This document shows, piece by piece, positions 55,624 to 63,321 of a stretch of 63,321 nt of DNA. Each line of letters starts with the position of its first letter. Positions within the stretch are counted from its first letter, which is position 1. The notes under the pieces are model-generated. The model saw only the letters and a program-made list of their open reading frames with translations, searched no databases and was not told the origin of the DNA. Origin of the DNA: Salisapilia sapeloensis CBS 127946 (lineage: Eukaryota > Protista > Oomycota); contig JAADVB010000092.1 of the NCBI GenBank assembly GCA_023334545.1, forward strand, positions 1-63,321, written 5' to 3'. The translations under genes were made by a program, and so were the position numbers.

Positions 55624-57756
55624 ATGATAGACTCGACTTCTGCAACGAAAAAGAAGCGTCGACGTCGGAAGCGGAACGCCGAAGCGCCGTCCACGATGTC
55701 TTCTCAGGGTGCCCCAAACGGCTCCTGGCGACCCAAGCCAAAGGACGCCGACGCTGGTGCACACGGACATGAAGAAGGCGACGATATGAAGAACATGAAG
55801 GGGCCATCCGACGTTTCGGGCGATACGACTGCCAACGTCTCGAATGGTCCAAAGTCGCGCATGAAGCATGCTTTAATGGATGGAGGGAAATCGACGCCAC
55901 CACCTAATGTCCATGAGATGAAAAGCAGCACGGATGTCGAAGACATGGAGGACTTCTATTCATCTGAAAGCGATGAAGAAGACGATGAAAGTTATAAAGC
56001 AGGAGGGTACCATCCCGTCTCGATCGGAGAGATGTACCACGATAGATTTCAGGTCCGATCCAAGCTCGGGTGGGGTCATTTCTCGACTGTGTGGGAATGC
56101 CTCGACACATCCACAGGTCGATCGGTCGCGATGAAAGTCCAGAAAAGTGCTCGACACTACACGGAAGCTGCACGAGACGAGATCGAGCTTCTAGAGTGCG
56201 TTCGAAAGACGGCCGAGAAGGAAGGAGTTGATGACACACGCATCGTCTCGTTAGTCGACTCGTTCGAACACAAGGGACCGCATGGCGTTCATACGTGCAT
56301 GGTCTTTGAAATGCAAGGCGATAATCTATTAACTCTGATTAAGTACTATGACTACAGAGGTGTACCGATGCCTCTAGTGAAACGCCTGGCAAAAGACATG
56401 CTCCAAGGACTCTCTTTCTTACATGCCAAGTGCCAGATCATCCACACGGACTTGAAACCAGAGAACGTCCTTCTCTCCCACCATATGCCGCAGCTACCTC
56501 GACTACGTCGATCCGACTTTCGCAGGACAAACCAGTTGGACGACAGTATGTCCAAACTCCAGCTCTCGGACATTTCCAGCAGTGAGATGTTGCTATCGAA
56601 CTTTGCCAATAGCGACGATGAAGAAGAGGTAGAGACTTCGACTAGTGTTGAAGTAAAGAGTGGAAATGCGAAGCCAGAAGATAAGTCGTGGGTACGTCTG
56701 CCACCGGAATTTGCAGCTCGGATCATGGTCGTCATCCCAGATACGAGTGACGTGCAGGCGAAACACAAGGACGTCGAGTACACGCTCGCTGTAGGCGAAG
56801 AGAAGACTCAGACGTCTTTCGTCCTCCGGTACGTGGACCGTGTTGCGCAGGACATGCTTGCTAGTCTACATGGCTGTCTCCTTCCTCTTCTCGACCAAGA
56901 GGACCTTTCGATTGCCATCAACCTCCCATCGTCTGCCAAGAAGCTCAAACTATGGCGATTGGAGCTAGATGCGAGGTATCTCTTCCAAGTCCTTTGCCAT
57001 CTCGAGAAGACACTGCCCGGATTGTCCTTCTTGACCCTCTCCAATCAATCGAAAGTAGCTCTTCCTGGATTCTACCTGCCTCCAGGAGACACCGACAAGA
57101 GCGACACGTCGAGCCTTATGATCCAAGGTGTCTCTCTCACGGCATTTGGAAAAGAGGAGAAAATCCCACCACTCAAGCCACTGTCGAGTCGATTGGAGCG
57201 ATGGCATAGAAGGCTAGATGCGATCGCTAAAGGTCATGTATTCGATCCGCTCGAGCTACGAGCCAAGATATGCGACCTCGGAAACGCTTGTTGGACGTAT
57301 CGACACTTTACGGAAGACATTCAGACCCGACAGTATCGAAGTCCAGAAGTGATTCTAGGCAAGCGATACGACACGTCTGCCGACTTGTGGTCCATGGCGT
57401 GCTTTCTCTTTGAATTACTGACGGGCGACTTGCTCTTCGATCCTAAGAGCGGACGAAATTTCAATCGAGATGAAGACCATTTAGCGCAGATGATGGAGTT
57501 ACTAGGACGCATGCCACGGACGTTGACGCTTAGTGCAAAGGACGCAAAAAAGTTTTTCAATCGCAAGGGCGAATTGAAGCGCATTCGGAATTTAAAGTTC
57601 TGGGACTTGGAAAGTGTCCTCAAGGACAAGTACAAGTTTGAAGCGATAGATGCTAAGATGCTGGCGTCTTTCTTGAGCCCGATGCTTCAACACGACCCAG
57701 CCAAGCGTGCTTCGGCGGACGAATGCCTAGAGCACCCGTGGCTTGATACCGAGTAG
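55624..57756 (+). CDS. SRPK: SR protein kinase with a long spacer insert; intronless
   Basis: YKAGGYHPV, KLGWGHFSTVW, KSARHYTEAARDEI, IIHTDLKPEN, KICDLGNACW, IQTRQYRSPE, DEDHLAQMMELLG. Confidence 0.95.
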   Translation: MIDSTSATKKKRRRRKRNAEAPSTMSSQGAPNGSWRPKPKDADAGAHGHEEGDDMKNMKGPSDVSGDTTANVSNGPKSRMKHALMDGGKSTPPPNVHEMKSSTDVEDMEDFYSSESDEEDDESYKAGGYHPVSIGEMYHDRFQVRSKLGWGHFSTVWECLDTSTGRSVAMKVQKSARHYTEAARDEIELLECVRKTAEKEGVDDTRIVSLVDSFEHKGPHGVHTCMVFEMQGDNLLTLIKYYDYRGVPMPLVKRLAKDMLQGLSFLHAKCQIIHTDLKPENVLLSHHMPQLPRLRRSDFRRTNQLDDSMSKLQLSDISSSEMLLSNFANSDDEEEVETSTSVEVKSGNAKPEDKSWVRLPPEFAARIMVVIPDTSDVQAKHKDVEYTLAVGEEKTQTSFVLRYVDRVAQDMLASLHGCLLPLLDQEDLSIAINLPSSAKKLKLWRLELDARYLFQVLCHLEKTLPGLSFLTLSNQSKVALPGFYLPPGDTDKSDTSSLMIQGVSLTAFGKEEKIPPLKPLSSRLERWHRRLDAIAKGHVFDPLELRAKICDLGNACWTYRHFTEDIQTRQYRSPEVILGKRYDTSADLWSMACFLFELLTGDLLFDPKSGRNFNRDEDHLAQMMELLGRMPRTLTLSAKDAKKFFNRKGELKRIRNLKFWDLESVLKDKYKFEAIDAKMLASFLSPMLQHDPAKRASADECLEHPWLDTE

Positions 57757-57888
57757 GCGTTTGCACAATTGTAGTAGAGACAAAGAAACAATATATTTGT
57801 CTTGATGCTACTTGCTTTTGCCAGGAATAGATTTAAGTGCCTATGTATAGATTCTCGATTCCCTTCCTCCTTCAGTTTCTCCACGAAC

Positions 57889-59016
57889 ATGATGGCGACA
57901 CCGTCGTCACCTCCTTTAGGACTGGTGGAAGATGAAGTGAGTGCCTTCAAGAGCGCTTTTGATACATTTGAGCAGGATGATTCCGGTCGAGTGTCCATCC
58001 ACTGCATCCCGGAATTACTAGAAAGAGCTGGATTTGGAGCGTCAGAAGAATTGATTCGGAAGGTGGAGGAAAATGCAGAGAACGAAAACATCTCGTTCGA
58101 TGACTTGCTTGCGGTCATCCAGGCACAAAAGTTGGAAGGAACATCGCAAAATGGCGAGTTCCATACTGGACCGGACCCAAAGGTGATGGAATTCATCAGT
58201 ATCCTGGAGGAGTATCGACTAAAGTGCGAGGAAGACGGAAACTACCTAGAGGCACAGCGAGCGGACACCCAGCTTACAGCATTGCGTCGACAAGAGTTCA
58301 AGAGGCAGTCGAAAGCTATAAAGGCTCGGCAGATTGCTGAGCGCCAGGACATTCAGATTGCCCATAACATGCAGTTCAATGACTTTAATAAGGCATGGGA
58401 TCAGTACCTGGAAGAGTATGATCGTATGGCCAAAGCATATGTAAAACAGCTAACGGACAAACATGCACACGACTTGCTTGAGCTGCAGCAGAAACTGCAG
58501 CAAGAGGTAGTCGAGCGACCACCAAAGTTTTCGAAGGAGTTGATTGAGTGGAGACGGAGGCAGCATCGGCTAGCACAGCAGAAAGCGTATGCAGAGGCAC
58601 AGAAGATCAAGAAGATTGCTGACGAGATTGAACAAAATGAGCGATCCAAACTAGGAGACGATTACCGTCTTGTGGCACAGCGAAAGGAGGATAAATTGAG
58701 GCAGCATCAGAGAGCAGAGCTTGGTGCGTTACTGAAACGCATCGATGGGCGACGGAAGGAGCATCTAAAGCAGCGCCAGCTCGACTCGAAACGCTTGCTC
58801 CAGCGAAATAGGAACGTCCAATCTGTCTTGGAATCGAAGCAGACACTTGAGTCTACGAAGACGCTGCAGGACATTCGGACAAGCTTACTACCAAGAGAGC
58901 GAACAGTTCCGAAAGGTGTCCATAATGTCATTCCACCTGAAGCACGCGTAGTTCGAAGTAAAAAGCGCCTCAACCAAGCGGGCACCGATTCACCTGTTCT
59001 CTCAGGATCACCATAG
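57889..59016 (+). CDS. EF-hand-like plus long coiled-coil protein
   Basis: FDTFEQDDSGRVS; LEEYRLKCEEDGNYLEA; heptad-rich C-terminus. Confidence 0.75.
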   Translation: MMATPSSPPLGLVEDEVSAFKSAFDTFEQDDSGRVSIHCIPELLERAGFGASEELIRKVEENAENENISFDDLLAVIQAQKLEGTSQNGEFHTGPDPKVMEFISILEEYRLKCEEDGNYLEAQRADTQLTALRRQEFKRQSKAIKARQIAERQDIQIAHNMQFNDFNKAWDQYLEEYDRMAKAYVKQLTDKHAHDLLELQQKLQQEVVERPPKFSKELIEWRRRQHRLAQQKAYAEAQKIKKIADEIEQNERSKLGDDYRLVAQRKEDKLRQHQRAELGALLKRIDGRRKEHLKQRQLDSKRLLQRNRNVQSVLESKQTLESTKTLQDIRTSLLPRERTVPKGVHNVIPPEARVVRSKKRLNQAGTDSPVLSGSP

Positions 59017-59215
59017 TTCGCATTGCTTTAAAATATAAACATTCGCATTCAGTAGATCCATGCAGGGTGTGCTTACATATTGTCATTGAGGTAATAATGA
59101 ATAGCACTTGTAGTTTAAATCTAATGAATCCGATGATCAAAGCCGTTGCGGATAGTACATCAGTTTTGTTAAGCAATGACCCATCTAATTTAACTTATAG
59201 ATAAAAACGGACATA

Positions 59216-59629
59216 ATGATGGAGACGAATGCCGGGCGTGGTAGAAGCAGGTTGCTCGAATACCATCCGTCCATGTCCTTGCTCGATGGCCCAGTGTCAA
59301 TCAGTCAATTGCTTTCAGAACTGGATGAAGCACCTCCTCCAACTCAGCTGCATCTTGAAGACGTACTCCGAACTCGTCAGAGTGTATGGACCAAGGTGCA
59401 GCTACTCGCATCTTCTCTGAAAGATAGTGCAGAGTATAAGAATGAGTATAGTACGCTCAGCCAGCTTTTGAATCTTCACGAGAAGTGCCATGAAAAGGAA
59501 GCCCACGTACGAACTTTACACATCGCGATGCTACAGGAAGCTCAAACACGATCGAAGTCTGCCATACAACCAAAAACAGAAATAGAAGTAGAGAATCCAA
59601 ACGAAGATGCTACAAAAGTAGTTGAGTAG
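59216..59629 (+). CDS. Small hypothetical helical protein (137 aa)
   Basis: ATG-initiated ORF filling the gap between two genes; no recognised domain. Confidence 0.55.
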   Translation: MMETNAGRGRSRLLEYHPSMSLLDGPVSISQLLSELDEAPPPTQLHLEDVLRTRQSVWTKVQLLASSLKDSAEYKNEYSTLSQLLNLHEKCHEKEAHVRTLHIAMLQEAQTRSKSAIQPKTEIEVENPNEDATKVVE

Positions 59630-59769
59630 CGTTTATATTATAAACTCATACATGACAATTTATCCTGCAAGTTCCTATACTCGTGACAGCCGAACCGATA
59701 TATTTGTGTCCAATGCACACTTGGTACATATTTTAATCAATATTGAAATGAGGCACAAAATGAGACAGA

Positions 59770-61026
59770 ATGCCAAGTTTGACAAGGAAGCAGCGGATGA
59801 TGAAGAGGCAGCGAGACCGATGGGCATCCGACTCTGATTCGGACCAAGAAGCACGACCGAAGAAGAAAATAGAAGCAGACACTAAGCCATCGGATACAGT
59901 AGAAACTGCGCCATCAGCACCATCAGATCATCCATTCGCAGCGTCTGACGGAGGTCCAGTGAGTGTTCCTGTCCTATCACCGTCCTCTGTCCCCAATCAA
60001 GAGTCAATTGCAAAACCCATATCGAACCACACAGTTCCGCGGCTTTGGGAGAGCTGTCGAAGTGTCGAGAGCTATGCAAGGATCGGGCGTATAGACGAAG
60101 GTACGTATGGTGTCGTGTCGAAAGCCAAGGACAAAGAGACTGGTGCTATTGTCGCTTTGAAGCAAGTCAAGCTAGAGGTAGGCAACGTTACGCAGGAAGG
60201 ATTTCCGATCACTGCGTTACGAGAGACGAACGTCTTGCTCGCGTTAGACCACCCAAACATTATTAAAGTGCGAGAAGTGGTGGTCGGATCGACTCCGGAT
60301 AAAATCTACATGGTCATGGACTACGCCTCAAACGACCTCAAGACCATTCTATCGACCAAAGTGCAGCATCCTTTTCTACAAAGTGAGTCCAAGTACCTCA
60401 TTAAATGCGTGCTGCAAGCTGTCGGCCACATGCATCGAAACGGTTTCATCCATCGAGACTTGAAAACCAGCAATCTCTTGTACGATTCCCAAGCCTACCT
60501 AAAGCTTTGCGACTTTGGACTAGCTCGAAAGTATGAAAAAGTTCCGGACAAGTACACGTCTCTCGTCGTAACGTTGTGGTATCGAGCCCCAGAACTCCTT
60601 TTAGGAGAAACAACGTACTCGACTGCTGTTGACATGTGGTCTGTCGGTTGTATCTTTGCCGAGATTCTTCTACGACAAGCTTTATTTCCTGGTAAAGGCG
60701 AGCTAGATCAGATGGATCGAATCTTCCGGTTGCTAGGTGCTCCGAATGAAGAGAACTGGCCTGGTGTCAACAGCCTTCCGAACGTAAATAAGTTTTCCAA
60801 TCGAAGTAAATGGCCTTCGAAGAGCCATCTGCGAGACAAATTTCCAGTGACCGCGTCTTTCATTGGAGACTCGAGCATGCTTTCTAGTACTGGCTTCGAC
60901 CTGTTATCACGGATGCTGACTTTGGATCCAAAGCAGCGGATCACGGCAGCCGAAGCGTTGGATCACCCGTTCTTTCAAGAGTCGCCAGCTCCGTTACTAC
61001 GAGAGCACATGCCGACCTTTAACTAG
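59770..61026 (+). CDS. CDK11: CDK11/CDK10-type (PITSLRE-like) kinase; intronless
   Basis: RIDEGTYGVV, EGFPITALRE, HRDLKTSNLL, CDFGLAR, VVTLWYRAPELLLG. Confidence 0.88.
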   Translation: MPSLTRKQRMMKRQRDRWASDSDSDQEARPKKKIEADTKPSDTVETAPSAPSDHPFAASDGGPVSVPVLSPSSVPNQESIAKPISNHTVPRLWESCRSVESYARIGRIDEGTYGVVSKAKDKETGAIVALKQVKLEVGNVTQEGFPITALRETNVLLALDHPNIIKVREVVVGSTPDKIYMVMDYASNDLKTILSTKVQHPFLQSESKYLIKCVLQAVGHMHRNGFIHRDLKTSNLLYDSQAYLKLCDFGLARKYEKVPDKYTSLVVTLWYRAPELLLGETTYSTAVDMWSVGCIFAEILLRQALFPGKGELDQMDRIFRLLGAPNEENWPGVNSLPNVNKFSNRSKWPSKSHLRDKFPVTASFIGDSSMLSSTGFDLLSRMLTLDPKQRITAAEALDHPFFQESPAPLLREHMPTFN

Positions 61027-61118
61027 GATCTAGAGTACTTGCGTTATAGAAAGAGAAGAATGTAAAGTTGGACAAGAAACAAACGTTGTTGGACATATGG
61101 ACATTGGAGCACTTCGCA

Positions 61119-62802
61119 TCAGACTTGTCCCGCACGAGACCGGTCACCAGCCAAAGACGACACATATGCCGGGTCTTCAAACCGACTAGGCATGAATAAC
61201 GGAGCACAGGCAGCAAGTTCTTTGTCCGCTGGCACTTCCCCCATGACATGCGCCGCGAGCAATTGACCTGAAGCACCACTCGACCTAATAAAATAAAGAT
61301 TTAAGATAAAGAGAAAGGTGAAAAGAAGAAATGCGTACATGAGGCCGATACCGGACATGGCCGACTGGAGGTATACACCTTCGATAGTGTTATGGGCAGG
61401 ACCGATAAGAGGCTGGTTGTCCAGTGTCTTGCAGTAGTACCCTCCTCTTACATCAAACGACTTGTGTACGTTCAAATCTCCTATGTAGTCCTGCATACCA
61501 GGAAAGAGCTTGGTCAGTCCACGCAGACAGATCTCTGGGAAGCTACATCCACCAGTTAGCATGTCATGACTGCAATTCATAGCGGACATGGTATCGCTTA
61601 CTGCTTGTCGAGCAAAGATTCCACAGGATAAATTGCCTCCACAGGTTCGATATCGTACGTCCATACACTCAACATTTTGCCCTTATCATACGGGCGAACG
61701 TGGACGCCAGCAGGAAACTCTTCCAACATCCTCTTGGCACTTGGGTCGGCACTCAGTCTTGCTCTGTCGTCATCCGTAAACTAGAAGACATACACTGTGA
61801 ATGAGCTTTGAACGTCACTAGGAAAATGCAATGGTACTTGAAACTTCCCAGGAGCATCCGAGTCGAAGGTCAGTGGCGTCAGAGGTGTGATGATTCCTTT
61901 CGGGTCGTCCATAGTCGCTCGGCAGTGGAGTTCATTGATTATAGGAATGTCCATACTCGATTGTCCGCGGCTTTTAAGGACTTCAAGTGTTTCTAGGACC
62001 AGAGGACCCGTCGCAAAGACGATATTCGGCGTCGAAATCTCATAGTTCTCGCCGTTCGCGCCTGCCACTTTGATACCAGACACATGTCCACCGTCTGAAA
62101 TGACTTCTGTCATTCGTCCTAATTTTACTTCTCCATTCGGACAACACTTTCTAGCTTCCTCCAATTGATAATGAACTAGTTTATATGGGTCGAGGGACCC
62201 GCAGCGACGTACATGAAGAGCTGCTTTCGCTCCAGATCCATTTAAAGACGGAAAGATCTGGCTGATGTTGCCCATGCCAAGTATAAGATCGCTCCCATCT
62301 AATGTGTAATCCAGCTCTTCTTTCGGGAATGGGTAACCAGTCATGTCACTCCGTCCATGTACGCGTAGCTTCCCTCCACCGTTTTCTTCGAGCAAGCGAG
62401 CAGAAGTTTGGAAGGCATCAACTTGATTCGCGTCTCGAGTAACGAACATATAGCCATTGCGATTGATACCAATAGCGTTGTTTGTGCTCTTTGCAATGGC
62501 GTCAATCTCGTCTATAGACCGAGATACAAGCGTGCGTAAACCAAACTCTTCGTTACTAGGGAACCAGTTCCGGTAGCTAAATGACCCATTGGCACTACCG
62601 CACAAGGCATCGACTTCGTATAAGGCAAAATACAAGAATAGTAACAAGCAAGATACCTCGTTAAAGAAACTGGCGGAAGTGCATCGAGGAGGATCGGTTT
62701 GAAGCCTGGGTTACGGCAGTTGAGTTTAGCAAGATGGTAGAAAGCTGAGCAGCCTGCAACACCAGCGCCGATGACGACAACATCCGCTGCAGTACGCTGC
62801 AT
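61119..62802 (-). CDS. FAD-dependent oxidoreductase (DAO/sarcosine-oxidase-like fold), multi-exon
   Basis: VVVIGAGVAGCSAFYHLA Rossmann motif, spliced SLTS|ANGSFSYRNWFP, GGYYCKTLDNQPLIGP, SGIGLM, SGASGQLLAAHV. Confidence 0.82.
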
Positions 62803-63124
62803 TCCGATTAAATGCAGGTTCGAGGGAAAGAGGAAAGGAAGAAAGCCGAGATGTGAGAGGGCGTTAGATGTGCACTTCCGAAGTCGAGATAAACATCGTG
62901 TTTAGACGTGAAATCCAACTCAGATTCTGAACTGTACCACGGAATGTGCTCTACACCAGAGGTTCTGACTGCGACGCTGATGACGTCAGGTAGAGAGCTT
63001 TTCTCAGCAAGTACCCGAGTGAATGACGAATCCAGCAAAGTGACACAATATATAGCAACGACCTTGAGTAATTTCTCACTGAGAGAAAGTCGTTCACGAT
63101 GACACTGGACCCAGTTCGGCATCA

Positions 63125-63184
63125 AGTGGTTCGACAGCGAGTGGCTCGGCTGCTAGTGGCTCGACGGCGAGTGGCTCGGCCGCA
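63125..63184. repeat. 4 x 15-bp tandem repeat AGTGGYTCGRCNGCN
   Basis: Units AGTGGTTCGACAGCG / AGTGGCTCGGCTGCT / AGTGGCTCGACGGCG / AGTGGCTCGGCCGCA; reads as SGS(T/A)A on plus or (A/V)EPLA on minus. Confidence 0.8.
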
Positions 63185-63321
63185 GCGGCTAGAAGGCTGG
63201 CGGCCCGCGACACCGTAGAGGAGGTGCCAGCCATGGCGATGGAAGGCCACGACACGAAAACCGCAGAGAAGTCACCACCGAGAGCAAGTCGTCGGCTAAT
63301 GGAAGTTTCGAGCCCGAGTGA

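Noticed and set aside
12970-62802. Secondary-metabolite cluster (dioxygenase, TrpA, FAD oxidoreductase, transporters)
   Set aside because: The genes are spread over 50 kb among housekeeping genes, with no backbone synthase.
1-63321. CRISPR arrays, rRNA, snRNAs, transposons or prokaryotic defence systems
   Set aside because: I saw no repeat-spacer arrays, conserved rRNA or U-snRNA motifs, transposase/RT/integrase ORFs, or terminal repeats by eye; the window is intron-containing eukaryotic DNA.

Overview
Gene-dense eukaryotic DNA, almost certainly from an oomycete (stramenopile). The evidence is about 37 tightly packed protein-coding genes, short GT-AG introns (mostly 52-64 nt) with CTAAC/CTAAT/CTGAC-like branch sites, an INR-FPR-like core promoter, an oomycete-type C-x4-C-x9-C-x2-H repeat protein, a GPI-type GH17 glucanase, and flagellum-associated genes (PPIL6-like, ENKD1-like). 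The species cannot be determined from the sequence. Most genes are housekeeping: MPP-beta, cyclin H, Tfb4, Cwf18, Rad54, DDX56, Rpt4, RNase H2C, SBDS, SRPK, CDK11 and three transporters. I found no rRNA, tRNA, CRISPR array or recognisable transposon. The best candidate for an undescribed system is a spliced gene (4757-7111, minus) joining an intact histidine-phosphatase domain in frame to an NADK2-type NAD kinase behind a mitochondrial-type presequence, possibly a single-chain NAD(H)/NADP(H) interconverting enzyme. Other notable items are a stand-alone fungal-like TrpA with no beta domain, a MAPK with TKH in place of TxY, Rad54 with a C-terminal NZF finger, a CDPK and an EYA phosphatase with N-terminal targeting or membrane segments, an 18-Cys type I membrane orphan, and convergent stop codons as little as 7 nt apart. 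Exon boundaries were read by eye, and family calls come from motif recognition, not database searches.
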